A stretch of DNA of 32,400 bases from Candidatus Eiseniibacteriota bacterium (GCA_044222065.1 JBGAOA010000029.1:19130-51529), one strand, 5' to 3'; positions 19,712 through 32,400 are shown, numbered from the stretch's first letter. Notes: generated from the sequence alone by a model not told the origin. Made by a program: numbers and translations.

Positions 19712-20191
19712 ATGACGCCCAAGAACACGATCTGCCTGTGGTTCGAGAAGGACGCGCTCGAAGCGGCGCGGTTCTACGCCGCGACCTTTCCGGATTCGAA
19801 GGTGGGTCCGGTGTTCCGCGCGCCGAGCGACTTCCCGGGCGGCAAGGCAGGGGACGCGCTGACGGTCGAGTTCACGGTCCTCGGGCTTCCGTGCCTGGGC
19901 CTGAACGGCGGCCCGGCGTTCGCGCAGAGCGAGGCGTTTTCGTTCCAGATCGCGACCGACGATCAGGCCGAGACCGATCGCTACTGGAACGCGATCGTCG
20001 GCAACGGCGGACAGGAGAGCGCGTGCGGCTGGTGCAAGGACCGCTGGGGCGTCTCGTGGCAGATCACGCCGCGCACGCTCATCGACGCGCTCGCGGCCGG
20101 CGGCGACGAAGCGAAGCGAGCGTTCGACGCGATGATGACCATGACGAAGCTCGACGTCGCCGCGATCGACGCCGCACGCGCCCGACGCTGA
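19712..20191 (+). CDS. VOC family protein (PhnB / 3-demethylubiquinone-9 3-methyltransferase-like)
   Basis: AAGGAG RBS. Motifs TICLWF..A.EAARFYA.TF, LNGGPAF..SEAFSFQI, CGWCKDRWGVSWQITP, AMMTMTKLD. Confidence 0.93.
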   Translation: MTPKNTICLWFEKDALEAARFYAATFPDSKVGPVFRAPSDFPGGKAGDALTVEFTVLGLPCLGLNGGPAFAQSEAFSFQIATDDQAETDRYWNAIVGNGGQESACGWCKDRWGVSWQITPRTLIDALAAGGDEAKRAFDAMMTMTKLDVAAIDAARARR

Positions 20192-20217
20192 GGCGGCGCC
20201 GGCGGCGCGGCCCGAGA

Positions 20218-20243
20218 GCGGGCGACGGAAGTCCGCCGCCCGC
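20218..20243 (-). terminator. Stem-loop between the convergent VOC and VPS10/BNR genes
   Basis: Minus strand GCGGGCGGCGG-ACTT-CCGTCGCCCGC forms an 11-bp stem with one G-U; weak U-tract. Confidence 0.5.
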
Positions 20244-20266
20244 GCTTCCAACCGCGAGAACCGCCG

Positions 20267-23200
20267 CTACTTCGTCTCGTCCCAGACCGGCAGCTGTCCC
20301 GGCGTGTAGGGCGCGCCCTGCCGCTCGAGCCGGTCCGCGAGCGCCTGCGTACGCTCGTGCAGCGCGCGAAGGTCCGCGAGCACCGCCCCGAACGACGCGT
20401 GCGCTTCCTGGTACGCGCGCTCGTACGTGCCCGTCGGCGCCGCGGTCGTGTTCCAGAGCGATCCGATGATCAGGTCCGTGCGGCCCTTCAGGGACTGGCG
20501 CGCCTGGCCCTCGAAGCGCACGAGGACGTTGTCGCCGACGAGCGCCTCGTTGACCCTCTTCAGGCCCGTGCGAATCGCGGACAGCTCCGCGAGCGCGCCG
20601 CCGTCGAGATCGCGCACGCTCATCGCCGCGGCCTCGAGGTACGGGAGCCGCTCGCTCAGGCGGCCGCGATGCGCGTCGGCCCCCGAGATCGCGCGCGACA
20701 GCGCGGCGACCTTCTCATTGAACGCGCGCAGCGCCGCCTGGTCCGCGATCGGAATGTTCGCGATCTGGAGCGGCTCGCACTTCACCGTGCGCGGGCTCCC
20801 GAGCGCCGTGAGCGCACCGTTCTGGAAGCGGTACATCGCGACCTGGTACGTGCCGGGCGACACCATGTAGCCCTGGTCCTGCTGGTCCCACGGCGCGGGA
20901 TTCGGCGGCGGCTCGAGCGCGATCGGCCCGGTGGGGCTCGTGCGGAAGTCCCACGTGAAGCGATGGACGCCGGCCTTGATCGGCCGCTTGAGCTTGCGGA
21001 CCACGCGGCCTTCCGAATCCGAGATCGCGAACAGCAGGTACGGCTCCTCCTCGGCGTCTTCCTGCTTGAGCGCTTCGTACGTGGGGTAGGGCACGTCCTG
21101 CTTCGCGTCCTGCAGCTTCTTCTCCGCCTCGTTGCGCTGCTTCTTGAGCGACTTGTAGTCGTCCTTCACGTAGTACGTGATCGCGGCTCCGACCTCGGGA
21201 TTGGGCGCGCTGAAGAGCGAGGCGCCCATGAAGCCGACGCCCCGGAAGCCCATCGGATCGGCGGGCACGAACATCTTCGCGTCGGAGAGCGCGAACAGGT
21301 GCTCGGACTCGGCGAGCGTCTTCGCCGACAGGTCGCGCAGCGGCGTGTAGTCGTCGAGGATGAATACGCCCCGTCCGTAGGTGGACACGACGAGGTCGTG
21401 CGTCTCGCGCTGGATCGTGAGGTCCATCACCTCGGCCGACTTCGGGATCCCGTTCGTCAGCGGCACCCAGTCGGGCGCGGCCGTGTTCGAGACGAACACG
21501 CCCGTCATCGTGCCGACGAACAGCAGGTCCGCGTTCACCTCGTCCACGGCGATCGTCCACGTCGAACCGCGCGCCGGCAGGTTCGCGTGGATCGAGGTCC
21601 AGTGGGCGCCGCCGTCGACGGTCTTGTAGAGGTAGGGGGCGAAGTCGCCGGCGAAGAAGTTGTTGCAGGCCACGTACGCGACGTCGGCATTCACGGGCGA
21701 CGCCGTGACCTGGTGCACGCGCGCGAACGGCGGAAGGCCGGGGAGCGTCGCGCGCTGCCAGCTCGCCCCGCCGTCGTGCGTGTAGTGGAGCAGCCCGTCG
21801 CCCGAACCCGCGTACAGGCGCTTCTCGTCCACCGGCGATTCCGCGAACGACGTGAGGTGCGCGAAGTCCGACTTCGTGACGACGCGCACTGGTAGAGGCG
21901 CTCGTGGTCGTGCCGCGACACGAGCAGCGGCGTGTCCCAGTTGAAGCGGTAGGCGGGCTTGCCGCTCGCTTCGAAGCTCTTGAGCGGCAGACGCTCGCCC
22001 GTGCGCTTGTCGTAGCGCGCCAGCTCGCCGAACTGCGCCTGCGAATAGACGATGTTCGGATCCGACCAATCCACCTGCGTCTGGAAGCCGTCACCCGCCC
22101 ACGTGAACGTCCAGTCGGCGTTCGTGATGCCGCTCGAGTTGAGCGTGCGGGACGGCCCGCCGAGGCTGTTGTTGTCCTGTGTGCCGATGTACACGTTGTA
22201 GAACGGTTTCGCGTTGTCCACCGTCACCTTGTAGATCTCGGCGAGCGGCAGGTTGGACTTGAAGTCCCACGTCGCCGCGCGGTCGAACGATTCGTAGAGC
22301 CCGCCGTCGTTCCCGGACAGCATGTGGCGCGGATCGGTCGGGTCGATCCACAGCACGTGGTTGTCCACGTGCTTCTTGTCCTCGCCGAGACGCGACCAGC
22401 TCTTGCCGCCGTCGATCGAGACCTGGTTGAACATGTCCATCGAGTACACGCGGTTCACGTCTTTCGGATCGCAGAACACCTTCTGGCAGTAGTTCGCGTA
22501 CGTGGTCCCGTAGTCGCTCACGCGCGTCCAGCTCGCGCCCGCATCGGTGCTCACGTACGTCCCCTTGTCCTTCTTCTCTTTCGCTTCGACGACGGCGAAC
22601 AGCCGATCGGGGTCCACGGGAGAGAGATCGAGGCCGATGCGCCCGACCTTCTTCTGCGGCAGGCCACCTTCCAGCCGCTTCCACGTCGCGCCGCCGTCGG
22701 TCGTCTTGTAGATCCCGCTCTCGTCTCCGCCCATGACGCTCGTGCTCAGGTAGCGCTGGCGCTGGTGCGCGACGGCGTACAGGACGTCGGGATTGCGCGG
22801 ATCGATCTTCAGCTCCCAGCAGCCCGTGTGATCGCTCGGGTGGAGCACGTTCGTCCACGTCTTGCCGCCGTCGGTGGTCTTGAACACGCCGCGATCGCCG
22901 CCGGAGACGCGGTGCGGACCGTAGGCCGCGACCCACACGGTGTTCGACTGCTTCGGATGGACGACGATCGCGCCGATCTGCTGCGACTCCTTGAGCCCGG
23001 TGTTCGTCCAGCTCTTGCCGCCGTCCTCGCTCTTGTACACGCCGTCACCCGGCACGACGTAAGACTGCGCGTTGTTCTCGCCCGTGCCGACCCACACGAC
23101 GTGCGGGTCCGAGGGATCGAGCGTGACGGCGCCGATCGCGAACGACGTCTGCTCGTCGAACACCGGCGCGAACGTCACGCCACCGTTCGTCGTCTTCCAC

Positions 23201-23529
23201 AGCGAGCCGTGCCCCGAAGCGACGTAGTACTCGGAGTGGTCCTTCGGATTGACCGCGATGCCGATCACGCGCCCGCCCGTCACCGCGGGCCCGATGCTGC
23301 GGAACGCGAGGCCGTCGAGCGACGCCTTCGCGAGCGTCGGCGTCGCGGGCGCGTCACTCTTCGCGCCCGTGGACTTCGCGCTCGCGGGCTTCGCGTTCGT
23401 GGCGGCGTGGGCGGGGAGGACGAACGTGAACGCCGCGGCGACGATCGTCGCGGCGAGAACGCCGCGGGCGGGACGCGTCCGGCCGGGCGTGGGGCGAATG
23501 GAATCGGATGCGGCGGCGAAGCGGAACAT
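20267..23529 (-). pseudogene. Secreted VPS10/sortilin-like BNR-repeat 'glycosyl hydrolase', broken by an out-of-frame junction at about 21883 (pseudogene or assembly error)
   Basis: GGAGG precedes ATG 23529. Motifs FRSIGPAVTGGRV, many S.DGG.TW boxes, HVDNHVLWIDP, GNDGG, GTQDN, GDGF, RFNWDTP. The frame changes between ..HERLYQCA and VVTKSDFAHLTSFAESP, then continues to DLVVSTYGRG and a helical C-terminus ending at 20267. Confidence 0.85.
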
Positions 23530-23710
23530 CAGGGAGCACCTCCGTCAGCGCGTGCGGGTCACCGTGTGCGAGCGAGGGTCGCAACCTATCACGGCACGTC
23601 GCGCCCCCGGTTCGCGCGCCCCGAGCGCCGCTTCGTCCGGTACGAGCGCCGATCCGGAGCGCCGAACGCGCCGATGCGGAAGGGACTCGGCGCCGCGCGC
23701 CGCACCGGGA

Positions 23711-26407
<2,697 letters not shown>

Positions 26408-26413
26408 CGGCGC

Positions 26414-26419
26414 AACCTA
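26414..26419 (-). promoter_or_regulatory. Putative -10 box (TAGGTT) 6 nt upstream of the kinase ATG; leaderless-type promoter
   Basis: Minus strand reads TAGGTT-gcgccg-ATG with no Shine-Dalgarno. Confidence 0.5.
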
Positions 26420-26522
26420 CCCCAGCTTCTCGGCGGGAGGCTACGGTGATTCGCACGAGGCGAGGGGAAGCACCCGCGCCGAGGTTCCAGAACTCGATGA
26501 GCGAGGCGAGACCCGAGCGCCG

Positions 26523-28976
26523 CTACTCGATCTTGACGACCTTGCGCGCGCCGTTCAGTTCGTCGGACTTCACCCGCACGTAGTAGATGCCGCTCGCGGC
26601 CGCACGACCATCCGCGCGGCGGCCGTCCCACGCGGCCTGGTTCGGCCCCGCGGGCAGCACGCGATCCATCACCTGCGTCACGCGCTGGCCGAGCACGTCG
26701 AACACTTCCACCTGCACGCGGCCCGCGCGCGCGAGCGTGAACGCGATCGCCGTCGAGGCGACGAACGGATTCGGCCGCGCCCACTCGATCGTTCCGGATC
26801 GCGGCTCGACGGGCCCGGTCGGCACGCCGACCCAGCTCGCCGTGCACGCGCACCGCCCGATGCCAACGGCGTCCACTTCGTTCCAGTCGGGCACGGCCGG
26901 GGAGTCGAAGCCGAGCCGCACCCGGCTCACGGGGAAGCGGGTCTCGGGGAACGACACCGTGCGAATCCGCGCGATCGATGGCTGCGGTTCCGCGACGCCG
27001 GTCCACACGGTCTCGTAAAGGTTGGTGTTGGGGTTGACTACCGACACGTGGTTCAGCGCGCCGGGACTGTAGGTCTCGTAGACGTTCACGAAGTTGATCG
27101 GACCCGGGTTCGAATAGTCGAGCTCGATGACTTCGGGCTGATCGTCGGGCGAGAAGCTCGCCCACGCGCGATCGATGTCGCCGTACATCGGGTACACGTC
27201 GGGCGCGCCGAGCGCCTGCGCCGACGACCAGGCCGTCGGCGAGAACTGGCTGCTCACCGCGTGCACGTCCGAGGCCCACTGGCTCGCCTGAACCCGATCG
27301 CGGTAGCCGATGCCGACGGCGTCGATCTCGTTGTAGTCGCCCACTGCGGGCGAGTCGATCGTGATGGCGATTTCGCTCACCTCGTACGGCGTCACGGGGA
27401 ACGTCGCCGTGTACAGGCGCGAGGCGGGGGGCGCGGGGGAGGCCGTCTCGGTCCACACCGTCTCGAAGACTCCGCTCGCCGGGTTCCTCACCGCGATCGA
27501 GGACACCGCGCCCGGGGCGTAGGTCTCGTACACGTTCACGAAATTGATGCGCTGCGCCGTGGCGAAGCCGAAGTGCAGGAACTCCGGCTGGTCGTCCTGA
27601 TTCGCCGGCGCCCACGCCCACGTGCAGTCGCAGTACGTGGGGTAGACGTTCGGCGCGCCGAGCGCCTGCGCCGCCGACCAGTCCGTGGGGGAGAACTCGC
27701 TGCTGAAGTTGAGGACCGACGAAGCGAACTGGCAGTTCTCGACGAGCGGATTGACGAACACCCACGCGGCGCCGCGAGCGACCGTGTCGTTCGGCCCGGT
27801 CGAGATCAGCGTGTTCCCGTCGGACGACAGCGCGACGGCGCTGCCCTGGAACGCCGCGCCGAAGGCTCCCGTGCCGACGAGCTTCGGCTGCAGTCGAGTC
27901 CAGAGGCTCCCGGAGCGCGTGAAGACCCACGCGGCGCCCGTGGGTCCGCTGTCACGCCAGGCGCCGACCGCGGCGACGTTGCCGTCCGCCGAGATCGCAC
28001 ACGCGAACCCCACGCTCGCGTTGGCGCCCGACACATCGGACGGCACGAGCTTGGCGCCCTGCACCACCCAGGCGCTTCCGTTCCACGTGAAGATCCACGC
28101 GGCGCCGATTCCTCCCGCGTCCCCGGGCCCGCCGGCGATCGCCGTGCGGCCGTCGCGCGCGAGGGCCACCGAAACGCCCTGCACGGCGCCGGCCGTCGCA
28201 TCGCTTCCCGCGAGCTGCAGGCCGATCTGGCTCCACGTTCCCCCGAAACGGGCGAAGATCCAGCTCGCGCCCTTGTTCGTATCGTGGCCAGGTCCACCGG
28301 TCAGCAGCGTGTTGCCATCCGCGGACAGCGAGACGCTCGTGCCCTGGCGCGCCGCGCCGATCGCATCGGAGGCCGTGAGCTTGCCGCCCTGCTGCGACCA
28401 CGTGGCGCCGCTGCGCGTGAAGATCCACGTCGCGCCGACGCTCGCGGCGTCGTTGAAGCCGCCGACGGCGAGCGTGCTGCCGTCGTCCGAGAGCGCGACC
28501 GACGTGCCGAAACGCGCGTCCGTCGTGGCGTCGCTCGCCACGAGCTTCGATCCCTGCTGGATCCAGTCGTTACCCGAGCGCGTGTAGATCCACACCGCGC
28601 CCGCGCCGCTGTTGTCGAGCGAGCCGCCCACGGCGATCGTGTTCCCGTCGCCCGAGATCGCGACGGCATCGCCCTGCGAGGCGTTCCCCACGGCACCCGT
28701 GCCCGTGAGCGGCGGCGCCATCTGGCTCCACGTCGTGCCGCTGCGCGAGAACACGAACGCACGGTTTTCGGGGTGAGCGCTAAAGACGGCCGTGTTCCCG
28801 TCGTTCGAGAGCGACGTGCGGACGCCGAACTCGCCGTCGCCGCTGGACTGGATCGGGGAGAGCTTCGCGCCCTGCTGGACGAACGGCCCCACGGCCGTCG
28901 CGTGGGCCGGGGTGAGGAGCGAGAACAGGAGGAAAGCGAGCAATCCACCGGAACGCAGTGGCGAGAGGCGGCGCAT
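26523..28976 (-). CDS. Secreted 7x FG-GAP (integrin-alpha-like) propeller, two tandem ETYxPGA beta-sandwich domains, FlgD/T9SS type A-like C-terminal domain
   Basis: GGAG precedes ATG 28976 and the signal peptide ends PAHA|T. Seven repeats of (F/Q)G.SVALS.DG.T..G....GAAWIF. Duplicated QxAS.V..SS.FSPT.WS.AQALGAP.VYP..VNVYETY.PGA..NE.DAVGIG. C-terminus RPNPF..WDG..ASGIYYVRV..KVVKIE. Confidence 0.88.
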   Translation of the reverse strand: MRRLSPLRSGGLLAFLLFSLLTPAHATAVGPFVQQGAKLSPIQSSGDGEFGVRTSLSNDGNTAVFSAHPENRAFVFSRSGTTWSQMAPPLTGTGAVGNASQGDAVAISGDGNTIAVGGSLDNSGAGAVWIYTRSGNDWIQQGSKLVASDATTDARFGTSVALSDDGSTLAVGGFNDAASVGATWIFTRSGATWSQQGGKLTASDAIGAARQGTSVSLSADGNTLLTGGPGHDTNKGASWIFARFGGTWSQIGLQLAGSDATAGAVQGVSVALARDGRTAIAGGPGDAGGIGAAWIFTWNGSAWVVQGAKLVPSDVSGANASVGFACAISADGNVAAVGAWRDSGPTGAAWVFTRSGSLWTRLQPKLVGTGAFGAAFQGSAVALSSDGNTLISTGPNDTVARGAAWVFVNPLVENCQFASSVLNFSSEFSPTDWSAAQALGAPNVYPTYCDCTWAWAPANQDDQPEFLHFGFATAQRINFVNVYETYAPGAVSSIAVRNPASGVFETVWTETASPAPPASRLYTATFPVTPYEVSEIAITIDSPAVGDYNEIDAVGIGYRDRVQASQWASDVHAVSSQFSPTAWSSAQALGAPDVYPMYGDIDRAWASFSPDDQPEVIELDYSNPGPINFVNVYETYSPGALNHVSVVNPNTNLYETVWTGVAEPQPSIARIRTVSFPETRFPVSRVRLGFDSPAVPDWNEVDAVGIGRCACTASWVGVPTGPVEPRSGTIEWARPNPFVASTAIAFTLARAGRVQVEVFDVLGQRVTQVMDRVLPAGPNQAAWDGRRADGRAAASGIYYVRVKSDELNGARKVVKIE

Positions 28977-29206
28977 GGGAACTCCGAGCGTGCGGGACGT
29001 AGCGTTCGGTTCGGGACGGAAACGCCGGTGATCGAGCGCACCGCACCCATGGGAGCGAGAACCTGCCGCCCCGAGTTTACGGGGCCGCGCAAGGCGAACG
29101 TTAGCCCTTTCTGCCCACGCGCCCGATGTTCGCGGGGCGACGGAACGCCGGGCGGAACAGGTACTCTGCGGCAGGCGCCGAACGAAGAAGAGGAGGTTCT
29201 CCCGAC

Positions 29207-30142
29207 ATGACCCCCGAAGCCCAGCTCGCGAGGTACTTCGCGAGGTACGAGCCCGCGATGGCGCGGTTCGGAAAGGCACTGCGCGCGAAGTTGCGCGCGC
29301 GTCTCCCCGGACTGTTCGAGATCGTGTACCTGTACGAGAACCAGAGCGCGCTCGTGATCGCGTACTCGCCGACCGCGAACGGCTACGAAGGCGTGTGCTC
29401 GATCGGGCTCTACCCGGACGAGGCGAAGCTGTTCCTCACGCACGGCGCCGCGCTGTCGAAGTCGGACCCGCACCGGCTGCTGCAAGGGCACGGCAAGACC
29501 GTGCGCCACGTCGTGCTGAAGTCGGCCGCGGACCTGGACCGCGCAGACATCGCGACGCTGCTCGATGCGGCGCTGAAACTCGCGAAGGTAGCGCCGAAGC
29601 CAGGCGCGAGGGGCGAGGTGGTGATTCGCGCGGAGGCGCAGAAGGAGCGGGCCGTGCGTGCGAAGAAGACGGCGGGTTCCCGTTCACCGCAACGAAAGGA
29701 GACATCGCACACGATGGCAAAGATGAAGTCGTACCCGAGCTTCGACGCGTACTTGAAGGATCAGCCCCGTGCTAATCAGACCGTGATCCGGGCGCTCAGG
29801 AAGCTCGTGAAGCGCGCCGCGCCGTCGCTCGAGGAAGCGGTGAAGTACGGCAACGGCTGCTGGGTCCAGGGCAAGTACCCGATCGCGTACGTGTACGCGG
29901 CCGCGGATCACACGCAGTTCGGCTTCATCGCGGGCGCGAAGCTCGCCGACCCGAAGGGCCTGCTCGAAGGGAGCGGCGCGTACGTGCGCCACACGAAGTT
30001 GCGCACCACGCGCGACATCGCCGAACGCGACCTCGTCGCGCTGCTCGCTCAGGCCGTCGAGCGCGGGCACCCGGCGGCGAAGAAAGCAGCGAAGGCGCCG
30101 AAGCAGGCCAAGGCGAAGAAGGCAGCGAAAGCGAAACGCTAG
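29207..30142 (+). CDS. Two DUF1801-like domains in one frame plus Lys/Ala-rich tail; probably two genes (second start ATG 29714)
   Basis: GAGGAGG precedes ATG 29207. Domain 1 contains ..DPHRLLQGHGKTVRHV. An internal AAAGGAG precedes in-frame ATG 29714. Domain 2 contains EAVKYGNGCW..GAKLADPKGLLEGSGAYVRHTKL. The tail is AAKKAAKAPKQAKAKKAAKAKR. Confidence 0.8.
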   Translation: MTPEAQLARYFARYEPAMARFGKALRAKLRARLPGLFEIVYLYENQSALVIAYSPTANGYEGVCSIGLYPDEAKLFLTHGAALSKSDPHRLLQGHGKTVRHVVLKSAADLDRADIATLLDAALKLAKVAPKPGARGEVVIRAEAQKERAVRAKKTAGSRSPQRKETSHTMAKMKSYPSFDAYLKDQPRANQTVIRALRKLVKRAAPSLEEAVKYGNGCWVQGKYPIAYVYAAADHTQFGFIAGAKLADPKGLLEGSGAYVRHTKLRTTRDIAERDLVALLAQAVERGHPAAKKAAKAPKQAKAKKAAKAKR

Positions 30143-30177
30143 CCGGTCGCGCCGCGCCCCATCGGACGCGCACGCCG

Positions 30178-31262
30178 TCAGCGCACGCGCACGATCCGCT
30201 GCGTCGTCTTCCCGTCCCGCGCGTCGAGCACCGCGAAGTACACGCCGGGCGCGGCCGTGCGGCTGCTGTCCGCGCGCGCCGTCCTGCGCGAGCGTGCGGC
30301 CCGCCTCGTGCCAGCCCGCCGCCAGCGTGCGCACCGTGCGACCCGTGACGTCCACGATCAGCAGACGCGCATCGCCCGCGCTCGCCAGCGAGTACTCGAG
30401 CTGCGCGGGGCCCGAACAGGGATTCGACGAGCGCAGCGCGAGGTATCCCCGCGCGGACGCCGGCTGCGACGGCGGCGTGGCGAGCAGCGGCGTGAGGAAG
30501 TGGTTGTCCACCACGTTCCACGCCGTGCTGTTGACCGTGTAGCCCGGGGGCAGGTCCATGACGTGACCGTCGGGGTTGCCCACCGACGCCTGCGGCGCTC
30601 CGACCGGCGAGCTTCCGGCGCGGCAGATGACGGTGCCCGGCAAGCAGCCCATGTTTCCGTAGGTCGCCAGCGCCGCGTCCACCCGCAGATGGACGCCGAA
30701 CGGTCCGACCGGGAACGTGCCCGTCAGCGCAGCGACGCCGCTCGGTCCGGCCAGACCCGCGAATCCGTAGGCTCCGCCCGTCGTGGCGTTCCCGGCCCAC
30801 CACAGTCCGCGCCAGTGGAGGCTGCCGGCATCCGCCCAGAAGTTCATCAGCCCGCCCTGGCCGTCGTTCCCGACGCCGCCGCCCACACTGCTCGCGCTGC
30901 CTGCGAACGTGACGTAGAACGTCCCGGTCACCGAGGTTTCGCCGGGCGGGCCGGAGATGACGAAGTCTCCGGTGCTCGCCTCGGCCAGCACGTTGACGCC
31001 GCCCGGCATGGAGAAAACGGTCGGCCACGACTGGTCGGCCTGCGCGTTCAGGAAGACCAGACCCGGGGCTGCCTGCACGCGCGCCGAGGCGACGAAGGTC
31101 TGAAAGGGGCTCGAGTTGGTGAACGAGGTGTCGCGCGCGAGCGGGTCGGCGCCGCTCGTGTCGTATCCGTTCACTCCGACGGTGTAGCTCGCCGCCGAAC
31201 GCGCTGGCGCGGGAGAGCAGGAGGAGCAGGGCAAGGGCGGCGACTGGGCAGGTTCGGGACAT
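30178..31262 (-). pseudogene. Secreted protein with FlgD/T9SS type A-like C-terminal domain, split by two apparent frameshifts (about 31190-31215 and about 30275)
   Basis: The signal peptide MSRTCPVAALALLLLLS is in one frame and the body ASYTVGVNG...SNPCSGPAQLEYSL..IVDVTGRTVRTL in another. After a second shift comes the expected ending AAPGVYFAVLDARDGKTTQRIVRVR* (TGA 30178-30180). Confidence 0.75.
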
Positions 31263-31550
31263 GGGCGGCTCCGTGTCGCGTGGTGGGATCCGGATCGAAC
31301 TCGGGGCCTCGGGAGGGCCCGATATTTGGAAACGCACGCCTCGATACCCGATCACGAGGCCGACGCAGAAATTCGAGCTGGACGCCGTGGGATCGACGGG
31401 AGGGAGCACCGCGACGAAGGTGGCCGCCGGACGGCGGTGGCGTCCGGGACGCGGATTCGCGCACGCGGCTCACGAGCATCTCCTCCGCTCGCGCTTCCGT
31501 GTGGTCCGCCTCGAGCATCACCCGCCTCGAGGTGTTGGCTCGCCTCGCGG

Positions 31551-31579
31551 TTGCACCGCGCACGGACGCCGCCTAAGGT
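31551..31579 (+). promoter_or_regulatory. Putative sigma70-type promoter
   Basis: TTGCAC-N17-TAAGGT, about 55 nt upstream of ATG 31636. Confidence 0.45.
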
Positions 31580-31635
31580 GCGCGGCGCGGCGACGACGAT
31601 CGCTCCCCGATCACGACGACCAGCTTCGGGGTCCC

Positions 31636-32372
31636 ATGCTCTCCTTCGACGACTCGCCGCGGCGCTACGCGCGCATCGGCGGCTGGTTCTAGTTCTATCT
31701 CGCCATCATCCTGCTCGGCATGTTCGGCGAGATGTTCGTTCGCGGCACGCTCGTCGTGCACGACCCGGCGGAGACACTGCGGAACATCGCGTCGGCGGAG
31801 GGCCTGTGGCGGGCGGGCCTCGCCGGCGATCTCCTCATGCACGTGTTCGACCTGCCGCTCATCGCGATCTTCTACTTCCTGCTCCGGCCCGTGGACCGGC
31901 CGCTCGCGCTGCTCGCGACGCTCCTCAACCTCGTTCAGACCGCGGTGCTCGTGGCGAACAAGCTCACGATGGTCGCGCCGCTCGTCGCGATCGAGGCCGC
32001 GCGCGGCCGGGCGGCGCGGCGGACACCGCGGTGATCGAGCGGGTGGGGCATGGTTGTCGTGTCGCTGCACGACGTCCGGCTTCGCGATCGGCCTCGTGTT
32101 CTTCGATTCGCGTGCCTCGTGCGCGGACACCTGATGGTGCGCTCTGTTCTTCCGAAGTGGCTCGGCGTGTTGCTCCAGCCCGCGGGCGCGAGCTATTCCT
32201 GGTGAACAGCGGCGCGCTGCTGCTCGCGCCCGCGCCGCCGCGCAGCTGTTCCCTGCGATCCTGCTGCCCGCACCGCCGGCGAGCTCGCGTTCTGCCTCTA
32301 CCTGATCTTCAGGGACTCGATGAAGCGCGATGGGCGGAGGTATGGTCGCTCGCCGCGCGAGGCGGATCGTGA
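31636..32372 (+). pseudogene. DUF4386-like membrane protein, disrupted by an in-frame TAG and several small indels
   Basis: MLSFDDSPRRYARIGGWF*FYLAIILLGMFGEMFVRGTLVVHDPAETLRNIA..LLRPVDRPLALLA. Later fragments LHDV/GFAIGLVFF/FACLVRGHLMVRS/PKWLGVLL/LVNSGALLLAP are spread over shifting frames. Confidence 0.75.
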
Positions 32373-32400
32373 CCTGCCGACCGTGAAGCGCGGTCCTCGT

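Noticed and set aside
8892..20266. Integron cassette array (DUF1801, VOC and small membrane genes are cassette-like)
   Set aside because: No RYYYAAC...GTTRRRY attC sites or integrase are visible, and genes lie on both strands with their own promoter-like signals.
23613..23664. GAGCGCCG x3 and a 16-mer CGCGCGCCCCGAGCGC shared with 13171-13186
   Set aside because: Almost pure GC, with irregular spacing and different offsets from the putative promoters; compatible with chance.
31690..31692. In-frame TAG as pyrrolysine or stop-codon recoding
   Set aside because: It is fully explained by a 6-bp duplication, TAG is a normal stop in many genes here, and the same gene has other indels.

Overview
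This high-GC (roughly 70% by eye) bacterial window has about 17 genes and no recognisable rRNA, tRNA, CRISPR array, integrase or transposase. It is dominated by large signal-peptide-bearing beta-propeller/Ig mosaic proteins: two FG-GAP, one Asp-box/BNR with a PPC-like insert, two paralogous 8x 'DGAGG' repeat proteins, one double-NHL and one VPS10/BNR. They end in three different C-terminal tags: a T9SS type A/FlgD-Ig-like domain (6 genes), a short TWGRIKSLYR tail (1 gene) and an IPTL/PEP-CTERM-like membrane anchor (1 gene). This combination suggests an FCB-related lineage such as Ca. Eisenbacteria (inference). Also present are two Hanks-type Ser/Thr kinases (both apparently leaderless), three DUF1801 domains, an aldo/keto reductase, a VOC/PhnB protein, a DUF4239-like and a DUF4386-like membrane protein. 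The most striking non-coding signal is a 58-bp direct repeat (47/58 identical) of the DNA encoding the TWG tail, which brackets the DUF4239-like gene; a more degenerate third copy lies downstream of the second DGAGG gene. Frameshifts at about 21.9 kb and from about 30.2 kb to the right edge may be assembly errors. All family calls come from motif recognition, not database searches.
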